This document shows positions 25,755-38,578 of a DNA stretch of 64,000 nucleotides, in pieces. The stretch lies in assembly GCF_006345805.1 (NCBI RefSeq), contig NC_043004.1, positions 61,380,001 through 61,444,000 on the forward strand, given 5' to 3'. A program made the translations under genes and the position numbers. Source of the DNA: Octopus sinensis (lineage: Eukaryota). The first letter of the stretch is position 1. Every line of letters starts with the position of its first letter. The notes beneath the pieces are model-generated. The model was not told the DNA's origin and made no database searches. It worked only from the letters and a program-made list of their open reading frames with translations.

Positions 25755-25988
25755 ATATATACTGATATATTAGATAAGAAAACTAAACAATTTACATTTT
25801 ATAGTCAAATAAGAATGTATGATATCACTTATCACTTGACAACGAAGGAACATCTGACTACTGGTGATATGTTTGAAAATATACAAAGCCAATTAAGGTC
25901 TCTGGTGAAAAATAAATTTTATCCTGAGTATAATAAATTTGTTAGATCGAATCCTCGCACTGATTCAGCAAATCTGAAGAGAAACTAA
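25755..25988 (+). CDS. Probable host exon (or pseudo-exon) encoding the C-terminal half of an RGS domain
   Basis: After a pyrimidine-rich acceptor (ttttcttctctaag) it reads IYTDILDKKTKQF...GDMFENIQSQLRSLVKNKFYPEYNKFVRS. Spacing F-x3-Q...L-x5-Y matches RGS helices 7-9 (IY..FI...FDEAQ..I..LM...YPRF). TAA at 25986-25988. Confidence 0.55.
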   Translation: MYTDILDKKTKQFTFYSQIRMYDITYHLTTKEHLTTGDMFENIQSQLRSLVKNKFYPEYNKFVRSNPRTDSANLKRN

Positions 25989-28900
25989 GCAAGCTAAAGG
26001 AAAAATAGATGGAGAAGTCGTGCCGGTAGGTACGTTATAAAACAATGTACCATTATTTATATTATTACTCATAACGTGACCAATCACTGATTGTTATTTC
26101 TGGTTTGGGTATCTTGAGAATCATGCGCGAGACAATTCACAGCAAATTATATGAACTCTTCCAATAATAATTTACATGCTGTCGTTTACTTAGCCCTAAT
26201 TGAATAATTCATTACGGCCTCTCTCGGTGGGCACTGATATTTAGCATTTCGCATGTCGAATGAATCGAACCTAATACGTAAGTACTGGGTTCGTTTTCTT
26301 TGGCTAAATATTCTTACAGGCCTTTAATGAGAATTTGATATCACTTTTAGGTTGAGAGCGAGGGCAGATCTGAGTAGGGAGATATGCTTGAAAATACACG
26401 TCAGGGCCTCCGGTGAAAAGCGAATTTTACTGCGAGAGTAATAAACCAACTTTCAAGAGTGGTTAAGGCATTAACAACAATTGGCACATTAAGATCTTGG
26501 GAATGATCATAGAGCAGCCACAGATCCTGTTGTGAGATACTTAACCCAGGTAGTTTCCGAAGCCTACGTATTGGCAGTCCCCTAATTGATAATACTATCA
26601 CTATTAAGAACATAACCAAATGTAGAGAACAAAATCGTTCCTTAGCAGAAGTTATGCGCTGCAACTACTATCATTATTTTCCAGGTTTTATAACATGCAT
26701 TACGTATGTAATATCCTTTTGATCATCTAACGGTAAAGATTGGCTGTGGACGAACAAGATGAAATTTTCCTGCATGATCGACGAAGTGTTCGCAGTGGTG
26801 AACAAACGTAGTGGGCCAACCTCTGATATTTACCCACACACAATTAAAAGCATCCAAAATACGTTAGAAAGTTTTGGTCAAGCCGATCTTAATTCTAGAG
26901 GAACGAAACTCTTCAGCTATTTACAGTATAACATGTTTTGTGAAAATAATCACTTTTTATTGGATTGAATTTATTAAATTTCTCCCATCTATGATTACAT
27001 ATTTGGTTCTCTTTTCCTTGATTTATTTATCTCGCTTTTACTCCTTCTCTCACTCACTCTTTTTCCTTCTCTTTCTCTCGCTCTCTCCACGTTTTCTAAT
27101 TGCTTTGATGTTAATCTATTTATTTATAGTTCGACTGGAAATCATTTCTACAAAAACTACTCGGCATCAATGGCACTAATACCGAACTTCCCAACACAGA
27201 GCCTATAATTGTGGAATCCCCCAAATATATTTCCGGTATGATGGCTTTGATTAACAAAACTAGTATCAGGTAATTAACTCAAATTTCATAAACACGTTTT
27301 ATATTTGCTTTGCTTTAGAGGATTTATGCATTATTTCTTGATGAGAATATTGCTGACTAATAATGGCAACTTTCCTCCCTCAGAACAGTGACTACGTTTA
27401 AACCACAGAGCGGGTTGATATTTTTCTAGTTCCAGATCCTTACAAAACATTGGATGACGATATACGCATTAGTACGGTGTGGAGTGAATACACACGAAGT
27501 CGACTGGCAAAACATTTACTTCCACACTATGCAATTTCTAAAATTTTAAGATGTAAAATTATTTCAGATTTCCGCACTCTGAAGCGAAAGAAAACGAAAC
27601 CTTACACTTAGTCATATCATGCAAACTGATTTATCGAACTGTCATGTTATTGTAAATTGTAGGCAAGAAATATACTTGACTAACAGATTCGATGGGTTTT
27701 CAGGAACTGCATGGTAGTAGACAAAATACTTTGTAGTATTTTGAAAGTCCTTTTTATTCGTTCTGTCCCAAACTCGTCGAATCAAATTTCATTTCATCTG
27801 ATTGTGCAGACCTATTACTATTCCAACCGTTGTGTGAATTTTAGGAAAATATTATATTTAGTTAATAATTCTCACTGGTCAACTAACTATGTAGATGCAC
27901 TCTTAATAAATTCATTGCACAAAAGCATCAACGTCGATATCTTCTTTTATAACAGCATGTCTTAGCGATACAATCAGTTCTCAGAAAGTATACCAATTTT
28001 TCGAAATAGTGTAGTTCATTGCTTAACAACATATTTAGTTCATCTCTCCTGTTCGTATATAATATTGTAGTTCAGAACCTGGTCATAAAATGTCTTAACT
28101 CCAGTTACCGAAAATAATGATAACGCAAACGGAGCAAGGTGGTAAGTTTTGTTTCATCCCACACTTCGGCATAATTATAGTGACAAACTGAGAAAATAAT
28201 TTTCAAATCTGATCCCTATGCAGTTCCTTATAGACTGTAACGACCATAAAGTATTTAAGAGGAGCAACAAAACTATTACCTACGGTTGCATAAAAATCGA
28301 ACAAGCACTATAGACACAAATATCTCAAGAACAACGGCGTAGGTGCTAGAATCAGTTTCACAAAATCTTGAAAATATTATACACACGATATAGATCGCTA
28401 TATTAGGTGAATATATGAGCTCACAGACAAAAATATAAGTAACTGAAAGTGGTGTGAACCAAACCCCCCATGTGTAATTACCTAACAAACATTTATGTGT
28501 ATGACATTAGTAATGTAAGAGGGATCAACCAATGATATTTGTATATCAGAGCTACGAGGAAAAGTCCAAAAATAGCTACTCACAACACATACACGTGTCC
28601 ACCATTATTTATAGAATAATATCGCATCCCTATGGACTATCGTTTCGAATTTAAGATAATTTATATAAATATGAATACAAAAACGAGTACGCCAATTAGT
28701 GTCATTCCTTAAATAAAGGTTCAAGTGCATGTTCTCCTTATGTTACCCCAGAAAATATAGCATTAGAACATAAGCTAATATGCTTTCCCCAAAAAGAAAT
28801 TGATGATATCACGTTGCAAACGCTAAAATATATGCAGTTTGTAGAATAATACCCAATACTTTAACCAGAATAAATATCCAATAGTAACACAGCAGATGAA

Positions 28901-29155
28901 AATCAGTGCATGCATAATAATACTAATCATAAAAGAGTAACAAAACTAGGACTTAAGCAAATCACAGTACTATAAAATAGAAACACTTAAGACGCCTGAT
29001 ACGTTTGTTAGTGACATAATCAAAATGAAGATTATAGTGAAGCAAAAGAGGCACACTCATTCACCCGGCAATGAGAGGTTAACCAACAAAGTGTCTGAAG
29101 AATAGAGAGTACCAACTCGTTTGGAAAATCAGAACAGATTCCGAAATTGACATAT

Positions 29156-29541
29156 GGATGGAAGCACTCCGTCGGTTACGACGACGAGGGTTCCGGTCGA
29201 TCCGATCAACGGAACAGCCTGCTCGTGAAATTAATGTGTATGTGGCTGAGCACTCCACAGACACGTGTACCCCTTAACCTAGTTCTCGGGGATATTCAGC
29301 GTGACACAGAGAGTGACAAGGCCGGCCCTTTGAAATACAGGTACAACGGAAACATGAAGTAAGACTGGGAGAAAGTGGTGGTGAAAGAGTACAGCAGGGA
29401 TCACCACCATCCCTGCCGGAGCCTCGTGGAGCTTTAGGTGTTTTCGCTCAATAAACACTCACAACGCCCGGTCTGGGAATCGAAACCGCGATCCTACGAC
29501 CGCGAGTCCGCTGCCCTAACCACTGGGCCATTGCGCCTCCA
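29156..29541 (-). mobile_element. tRNA-derived SINE family B, full length with target-site duplication
   Basis: Head ggaggcgcaatggcccagtggttagggcagcggac...ggtttcgattccc; 14-bp TSD cgaaattgacatat at 29142-29155 and 29542-29555. Confidence 0.9.
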
Positions 29542-29914
29542 CGAAATTGACATATATATAGAGGACAACCGCATAATAAAATGACCCCCCACCCCAAATA
29601 AACGATACGGTGGCTATGTTAATGCGAAGCAGATTATAAATTTAAATCTATATATAACAATAAAAGTAGAACATTTAAATAATCCATTAATGAAGAGCAA
29701 AGTCATCTACAGAAAATTCCTTAATAAATTAATGCTTGAAAACCAGCTCTTGTAAATAATGGAAACACAAAAAATAGACCAATTTAAAGTATGCTAAACT
29801 GATTACAATTACGAGAAATCATTTCGTGTTTTGAATCGTGGTGACGTGTCTTCGAATCCCGAAGTCTGAAATACCTGTAATAAAGCGAGTATGCGTGAAT
29901 GCCTGCCTGTCTGT

Positions 29915-30125
<211 letters not shown>

Positions 30126-31413
30126 TTTGTATGTCTGTTGTGTCTGTCTCTCTCTCCATATACATCTATATGTGCGTGCGTGTATGTGTGTATGTGCGTG
30201 TATGTATGTGTGTATGTAAATAAAGTAAATACAGTAACATAGACAGATGGGTTGCGAGATAGAACAATGCAATCGTACACAAACACACACACACACCCAT
30301 AATGATGTTAGACTTTGAGAGACTCATTCGTGGAGCAGTGTAGTGATGTTAAACGTTTCATAAAGTAAACCTATATAACTTCTGAACATGAGAAAAATCT
30401 TCATCGGTAGGCTAGCATTATAAAGTTTGTTAAAATATGATTAGTGTGTAACTATTTCTATCGTTGTTCTATTTGAAAAATGTTCACTTTGATTTATTCT
30501 ATTCTCTTATCTGTCATCTGTAATCTTTACACCGCGGGTGTATCATGCTGTGTTTTCTTCCTTCTAAAGAACTATCGATAACATGACCACTCTGCTAGCA
30601 ATTCATATTATTTGCTGTGCGTGTTTCTTCTTTGCAATCGAATGTTTCATCCTTCAACACATTTCCTGAGGTTTCAAGATTTCCTTTTTATCTGTGTGGG
30701 AGACAGGTATCTATGCACTAAAATTCACAGAACATGCTTTACCTCTGATGTCATCATATTATTGTTAATGTATTTCGCTTAAAAAACGGAATTTAAAATT
30801 CCATGATTATGATTATAGTTTTTCTGCAATGCTTAAAAAAATTGCTATTTGATAGTTTAGTACACAGTTCCTTAAATCAAAATCTCTCCCAAACTTTCTA
30901 TTATTAGAGAGATTACTAGTTTTTCAAACGTTATGATTTTACAAAATTGTGGTCGATCATTATATTTTCTGGTTCGTTGAAACAAAAATCTCTTACTGGA
31001 GCGTGATGGTGCAATGTTCATCTAGTGTATAGGTTCAATGACTACCCAACGTCATTATATATATATATGTGTGTGTGTGTAAGAGTGTATGTGTGTGTAT
31101 GTGTGTGTGAGCGTGTGTGTATCTATATGTGTGCCTGTGTCTAGTATTGTGAATATTAGAGGAGTGATGTTTATGTCAAGTATTGTTTGATATTTAAAGT
31201 TTAAATTGTTTGAAAGCCATTATAAAGCAAATTTGAAATATAAATCGAAAGACGAAGCGATGAAGTCAGAATACTATTTTATTTCAAATTTGCATTTTAT
31301 AGGCTTTTAAAATGTATTAAATCCCTGTATACATTCATATAAAACTTTAGACACAGAGATACACACACATATACCCGACACACACTACACACACATACTT
31401 ACATGCACACATA

Positions 31414-31480
<67 letters not shown>

Positions 31481-31571
31481 TATATATATAAATGTACATA
31501 CATATATATACATGCGTATGTATGTGTGTATACATGTGTGGGAGAGAGAGAAAGTGATAACAATTTGAATA

Positions 31572-31740
31572 TGTACAGTTCTATATTTAAGAGATGAGGA
31601 ATTATGTACATTATTTACACTTGACGAATATTTGTCCTCATCGTGTTTGTTGTTAACACAACGTTTCGGCTGATATACCCTCCACCCTTCATCAGTTGTC
31701 TTGAAGAAATTTCGAATCTGGGTATTTTTCGATGGTGTTG

Positions 31741-31779
<39 letters not shown>

Positions 31780-32600
31780 TCACTGCCTGCAATCAAACTC
31801 GGTATCTTTGGGTTAGTAGCCCGCGCGCTTAACCACTACGCCATATGCCCTTGGGCAATTATGGAGTGAATTTTAGGGCTTATAAATCTAATATTCTCCT
31901 ATTTTTCCTTAATACCTGTTCCCATATGCTGTTCATATCTGCACTCGGTCTGCTTAGGGGGTTGTTGTGTCCTAGCAAATGGGCTGCTTTTTTTACTTTT
32001 CGTATTTTCTGGTGATGTTATCTGTCTAGTATTTTAACTTCATTCCATAGGGGGAGGTGGTCTCCATTTTCCCATACGTCATCAGCTATACCTGATTTAT
32101 CAATATCTCCCCGTGTCACAGGTTTGCGATGTTCGTCTAACCTTATTTCTGTGTCTATTATTTTACCTTCATGCCTGTGGGATGAAGGTAAAATAATAGA
32201 CACAGGCACCACAAGAAAATACGAAAACTAAAAGAAGCAGCAGAAATGCTAGGATACAACAACCTCCTAAGCAGACCGAGTGCAGATGTGAACAACATAT
32301 GGTAACCGGTATTAAGGAAGGATAGGAGAATGCTAGATTTATAAGCCCGGACATTCACAACATAATTGCCCACGGGAACAGGGCGTAGTGGTTAAGGGGG
32401 CGGACTACTAACCCCAAGATTCCAAGTTCGATTCCAGGCAGTAGTAATAATAATAATAATAATAATAGTAATAACAACAACAGCAACAATGAGAACTCAG
32501 GTTCGAAATTTCTCCAAGACACTTGATGAAGGCCGGAGGTTATATCGGCCAACAACAAACAAGATGAGGACATATCCGTCAAATGTAAATAATGTAATTT
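31572..32600. mobile_element. Penelope/Poseidon-type PLE 3' ends arranged as an inverted pair
   Basis: Minus arm: RLDEHRKPVTRGDIDKSGIADDVW...LPLWNEVKILDR...LSRPSADMNSIW. Plus arm (from ~32205): KLKEAAEMLGYNNLLSRPSADVNNIW. Each arm continues into a tRNA-like segment, (AAT)n and a decayed hammerhead. Confidence 0.85.
31655..31700 (-). ncRNA. Decayed minimal type I hammerhead (PLE type)
   Basis: gacaa-CTGATGA-agggtggagggtatatcagcc-GAAA-cgtt-gtgtt, with single mismatches in stems I and II. The plus-arm copy at ~32516-32555 has lost GAAA. Confidence 0.6.
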
Positions 32601-33009
32601 GAATATGTATTTGAAATCTTGGAGAGAATTTTAAGAATAGCTTGTTTTCAGGAATCCTGCTGTTATACAGTATTCGTTTAAATTCTAAATGTTTTGTCTC
32701 AGTTACGTACTAAAGCAGCAGTAACTTCTAGCTGAATTGTGTCTCAGATAAGTTATTTCTTCTCTATTGAAATTCTCTTGGTTAGCTTTGAGGCGTTGAA
32801 GACCTAGTGAATGAGAAAGCGTGTTTACTTTGGATTTGCACTGTTAATTATGTTTATATGTGTTTGAATATTAATTCATAGCCATGTATTTTACTCTTTT
32901 GCAATGCATTATATTCACTCTGTCCTGTACACTGAACGCTAATCTAACTAAACATGCCTTAATAGTTTTTATAAAACAGAATATTCTCTGCCGTTTAGTT
33001 CTTCACTGA

Positions 33010-33230
33010 TCAGCTGTTATCTGCATATTCATATATAATTTCCTTGTTGAGACGGTGTTATCAACGGATTCATTCATAATTTTCTTAGCAATAGCTTATT
33101 ATCTTCATATTCGTACATAATTTTCTGTTTGCTGGTGTTATGTGCATGTTGATACATAATTTACTTATTGAACCATCGTTATCTACAATTCCATACATAA
33201 TTTAGTCAAATGTATGAACCGATAATAAAG
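33010..33230. repeat. Degenerate ~41-bp minisatellite, 5 units
   Basis: ataattt recurs at 33035, 33076, 33117, 33156 and 33197, each preceded by a (tg)ttat-like motif. Confidence 0.65.
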
Positions 33231-33399
33231 CAATCGTTATAACACTAAATGAAACACATCCCTAAGTTCCAATCCCTATAACCCACTACATGGATTAAAC
33301 TTTGGGTGTTATATTTGAATGCCGTCGCCTGAGGTAATAAAAACCTGAATTTTAAATATCCTTACCTTAACAGCTTGCAATATAAGAGTTGATATCAAC

Positions 33400-34270
33400 A
33401 GGTTCCCGGACTAGTCATGATTAATAAAAAAATAACATATTTTACCTAAGTTTTAAGATCATCTTCTTCCAGATGGTCAGATTGCGCAGCAATACACCGG
33501 TCCCAGTGTCCCTGCTACCTTTGAAATCCAGTATGGAATTAGCTTTTCGTAAGCGAGTCAAAGACCTTCTGTAATTTGCTATGGAACTCAACAACGGGGT
33601 TAAAACGGTGAAATTTGAACTGCATTTTCATCTTGGAGAAATTGATGTCCACAGCTATTAAATTTGGCGAATAGCGCGGGTGTAGTGCGATACTATGTTG
33701 TTTTATCGAGAACCTCACGAATGAGGAGGGCTCGATGACGGTGCATTATCGTCGTGATGAAACACATTTTTAGCGCTCCACAAGTCCGGACGCCCTTGCT
33801 GAATGCTTCGCAGTATAACTCTCAATTGTCGGTCCAGCCCTGGTGGGTCGAACTCACGATGCCCAATACCATATTTCCGGGTGTAGCGTTCGTGGAAGTT
33901 CTTCCAAATCACTCATCAACTTCCAGCGACGTTCTTTCGCTTTTGAAGCGCCCATACCACTCGAAACATGGCGTAGGATGCAGCGCTGTAATCTTGTCGA
34001 AGTACTCTCAATGTCTCTTTATCAAACATCCCAAGATTTTCGTAAACTTTCGCGTTGTGTCTTTGTTTCTTTCCATGACAAAATCGCAGACTATGGCATT
34101 TACCTGACCACATAAACGCGAATTTCACAACTTGTGAATTCACTACAGCAATATCACTAAGCTCACCGCCTCATGAAGTTCACTGCCAGCTCACACCTAG
34201 CACCGGTTGGCGCGATATAGCACAAGACCAGGAACAGACTTAAACCACCTCGAATTCCTTTGAACTGAAA
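33400..34270 (-). mobile_element. Internally deleted DD34D mariner
   Basis: GIGHREFDPPG, GRPDLW...FHHDDNAP, HPRYSPNL, WDRCIAAQ; N-terminal remnants near 34.0-34.14 kb. TIRs not resolved. Confidence 0.8.
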
Positions 34271-35395
34271 ATAATATCTTGCAATCATTTAGACCATATC
34301 TACACCGTACTCTTTCATCTCCAGCGAAAGAAGCCTACTGATAGTGGCTTCATGTTGAACTCAGTAGATGAGCGCTTCTGGTTCCTAAGTATCAAGCCCT
34401 GAAGATATTATGACACACACTATATTTCCCCTGTCAAAGTGCACTCTTTCTCCTTTCCACTATGCGTGCCTACCTACCTTTTCTATCTACTACGTTTGTC
34501 CATGTGATCGCTCTTTCCTCATATGAGTAAGAGTGTTGCTGTTGGCAGAGTGTCATACACCGTACGGGACTGAAAAGAAATGCACTGAGACTCCAGTTTC
34601 GAAAGTCCGTGTTATGCACTCACTGCTGCGCAGAGTATACTAGCGTGTCGATGTATAACCAATAGGAAAGCAGCTAGCATTGAATACTTAATTTATATAT
34701 GTGTTCAGTGTTTGGATATATTTTCATTGATAACATCAACTCGATTTTCATGAAGGAAAATGATTTAAATATAAAAGAGGAAGGAAAGTAGAAAGAAAAA
34801 TATTATATTTACTATGTTTAATTCATTTATGTAGCACTAGGAGTATGCTTTGATATGTAAATGGTGAAGAAATTTCTTTTTTTTTTCAGAAAGAATATGA
34901 CAAAACAAAATTTGTTTTAACGGGAGGGAAAAGCGCCATTTTGGTGCTAATGGTATTTATCAATCGAAGCGTATTCTTTTAAAAGATTGTTCGGCAATAT
35001 TATATTATCTATAGAAGCAATTCATCATGGTTAGAAAAAAATAGATTCATCGTGAATAATAACGATGTTAGATATATAACCTAATAATATTTCCACATAC
35101 ATTTCCGGTGCGTTTCTAATGATAAAAAATAAATCACAGTAGAATTGGTAGGCCTGAAGTTATACAAATTATTGCTTAGATTTCTTAAAACGTAACATTG
35201 TTTTTCGATGGTGATTAAATATAACATGGTAATATATAAATCTTACGTAACAAATACATAATAATCATTTGCTGTAGTGCTAAGGAAAAGAGATTTATTT
35301 CTACTTCTTTATTTATCCATCTAAATCGTTTCCATTTATATGCATATATATACTTTTGTATACATCTGCGTGCGTACGTTTATATATATATATAT

Positions 35396-35445
<50 letters not shown>

Positions 35446-35461
35446 ACATATATACATATGT

Positions 35462-35494
<33 letters not shown>

Positions 35495-35549
35495 GTATAC
35501 ATATATACATATGTATATATATATATATATATTATATATATATATATAC

Positions 35550-35583
<34 letters not shown>

Positions 35584-35584
<1 letters not shown>

Positions 35585-35665
35585 CCGGAGTAAACACATA
35601 AATGTGAAACAAGGTGGAAAAAAAGAGTACTCAAATACCAGTGGTAGAGTAATATGCTTTATAAA

Positions 35666-35714
<49 letters not shown>

Positions 35715-35725
35715 CATACATACAT

Positions 35726-35781
<56 letters not shown>

Positions 35782-35985
35782 ATATATGTATATATATATA
35801 CACTTTAACTAAAAACAGCAGAAATATAACAAAGGCTGTTACTCAGAGTTTCACGGTCCCGCTCACCGGAAGATTTAACAAAACTGTCCGACGACGTGAA
35901 ACTCGGAGTAACAGCTTTTGCTATGTTTTTGCTGCTTTTAAATAATGCATATTACTCTACCTATGGTATTTGAGTAATCTTTTTG
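35584..35985. mobile_element. Inverted pair of PLE-like termini with variant hammerhead cores, left arm split by (TA)n
   Basis: aaaggctgttactcagagtttcacg / cgtgaaactcggagtaacagctttt and tactcaaataccagtggtagagtaatatgc / gcatattactctacctatggtatttgagta. Confidence 0.7.
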
Positions 35986-37950
35986 GTATTTACGGTTAAA
36001 AACATTTATAAAGATGATGCCTTAGCTTTAACCGCAAATACGAATGGACCACCACAAAAACGGCTTAGGAAGGACATTATCCAAAAAATGAAAACTTTCG
36101 GTCTTAGCATAACTACAGATACCATCCTGGCGGTTGTGAATTTCCTAGATGTATTCTTAGATCTAAATAAGAATATTTATAAGCCTTATAGGAAGCTCAA
36201 AGATTATCCTAGTTATATTAATGTGGGTTCCTGCCATCACCCCATTTTGTTTAAAAAAAGTAGTTAGAAACATGAGCAAAAGAATTTCTAGCCTCTCTTC
36301 CGATAGGGACATTTTAAATAGCGTTGCCCCAGTATATAATATGGCTCTAAAAGATAGTGGATTTTGCGAGGAAATAACCTATTCACCTGTAACCAGTCCT
36401 ATAATAAAAAAAAAGGAAACATAGGAATAGAAAAGCTATCTGGTTTACACACCCCTACTCCCCCGAAGTGACATTTAATATAGGCAAGTATTTCTTAGCA
36501 CTGATAGATAGACATTTCCAGTCAACCATTGGTACAGAAAGATCTTCATTAAACATAGCTTAAAATTCAGTTTCAGCTCAACTACTAATTTTAAAAATAT
36601 AATCACACACAAAAGGAACCAAAACACAAAATAAAACCAGCTGTTCATGCTGGGATAAAAATCTGTGCCCGCGAAATGAAGCTTGCATGTTCGAGACAAT
36701 CATTTATGAAGCCACCGTAGACTCTACAACCACTAAGGACACTGTTTCAACAAAGAAATATGGGGGCCTTACAGCGAGCAATTTCAAGACCAGGTTCAAT
36801 AATCACACACTGAGATTTAGTCACTGGGATAAAACGAAAACTACCAAATTATCCAGTCACATATGGTCTTTAAAAGGTAAAGGTGTCAGTTACAACATCC
36901 ATTGGAAGATTTTAGCCAAGTGTAAGCCTTATACCAACGGCAGTGGTAAGTGCGGTCTTTGTGATATAGAAAGATGGTTTATCTGGAAAAGCAGCTTAGA
37001 CCCCGCTACGTGTCTAAATGCAAGCACTTAACTTTTTGGATCATGTCCAGATGTGGCTAAATATCCGTTACGTTTTTGGTCCTCCCAAGGACACAGATAG
37101 AACTTGCTTTTATATTGTGTCCACGTATAGTTTTTTTCTCTCTATACTTTTTATATATATTTCTTATATATATTTTTACATATTATTTTTACATACTTAT
37201 AGAGATATATTTTAATATTTTTATTGCCTTCTATATTTTTACACCTTTTTTCCTGTATTTTACCTTTGACCCCGCAATTTTCTTGTGCACGTATACAGAC
37301 GTGTATATGAAATTTTGTGTCCGCGTATGGGCGTGCCTGCTCTCGCGTCTGTGTGCATGTGTGCGGTACGCGAGTGTAAGTGACGATGTGTCCATATAAC
37401 ATGTATGCTTTTCAGACATGCATTTGAATATATCTTTGCTCGTATGGTTTCGTGCACGTGTGTGTGCATGTGTGCGCACGTGCGTATTTGGGTATGGGCA
37501 AATGTGCGTGTGTATGTGTGCGTGCGTGTGTGCGGATTGCTAAACGAGTACATGCAGGGTTGCATATATATATATGTGCATGTATTTGACGTATGCGTGG
37601 GTGCGCATGTGTGTGTTTCATGCGAGTCTGCGTGAACAGATGCATATAGGCACATGTAGGTGGGTGTGCATGCGCGCATATGTATGCACGTAAATGCACG
37701 CACACGTGATTGCTATTCCTTTACCTTTTACTTTTTACTTCCTACCCTTCGGTTTTTCCCTTAGTTAACGGTCATTCTAGTAGCTCTTTTGTCTTTACAT
37801 AGTAATTTCCCTTTGTTTAACGGTCATTTTCTCAGCATATTTAAAATTGCCTCGACAACTGAAGAGATGCCGTGCAGGGTTCCGCCCCGACATCCAAAAC
37901 TCTGAGTTTTATCATGGCAGCCGACCGAATAATTGTCACATATTACGTTA
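35985..37950 (+). mobile_element. 5'-truncated Penelope-like element, Naiad-type (RT C-terminus, Cys-rich linker, GIY-YIG, 3' UTR)
   Basis: YKDDALAL, VVNFLDVFLDL, YKPYRK, IWFTHPYS, CSCWDKNLCPRNEAC, IIYEATV, KYGGLTASNFKTRFNNH, KLSSHIWSLK, WKIL.KCKPY.NGSGKCGLCDIE; frameshifted. The Naiad label rests on recalled motif architecture. Confidence 0.85.
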
Positions 37951-37953
37951 CAA

Positions 37954-38039
<86 letters not shown>

Positions 38040-38069
38040 ATATGTATAAATATATAAATACATATATAT

Positions 38070-38105
<36 letters not shown>

Positions 38106-38223
38106 ATATACTATATATATATATATATAGATATATATATATATATATACATATTATATATAATATATATAATATATACATATATATAATATATATCATA
38201 TATATATATAATATATATATATC

Positions 38224-38500
38224 GAGGCGCAATGGCCCAGTGTTAGGGCAGCGGACTCGCGGTTTCGATTCCCAGACCGGGCGTGGTGAGTGTTTATTGA
38301 GCGAAAACACCTTAAAAGCTCCACGACGCTCCGGCAGGCGGGGTGATCCCTGCTGTACTCTTTCTCACTCACTCTTCGTCTGTTGGCCTGCTCGCTTAGC
38401 CAGCGGGGTTGCGTCATTCGAAGGCTAAAACATGCGAACGCATTGTAACCAGCGATGTGTAACAAAATCTGATGGTCTGGTCGGTCACGTGATCACGTGA
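38224..38500 (+). mobile_element. SINE with family-B head but a different 3' body
   Basis: Matches the 29.2-29.5 kb SINE from the head to gatccctgctgtactcttt, then diverges completely. Inserted in (TA)n. Confidence 0.8.
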
Positions 38501-38521
38501 TATATATATATATATATTATA

Positions 38522-38578
<57 letters not shown>

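Noticed and set aside
25986-26520. Alternative genetic code (TAA read as Gln) or ciliate contamination
   Set aside because: Only six stops, TAA is the commonest stop in AT-rich DNA, and the segment is continuous with animal-type repeats; kept only as a low-interest decayed-exon idea.
32375-32442. Functional tRNA gene (also the heads at 29.5, 38.2, 41.0 and 54.6 kb)
   Set aside because: Acceptor stems and oligo-T terminators are missing and each sits inside a repeat; these are tRNA-derived heads.
33010-33230. CRISPR-like array
   Set aside because: Eukaryotic context, degenerate repeats, linkers too short and partly similar, and no cas genes.
34660-34945. Promoter (CCAAT at ~34670 and YY1-like cgccattttg at ~34935)
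   Set aside because: Short motifs are expected by chance, and no transcript start or first exon could be linked.
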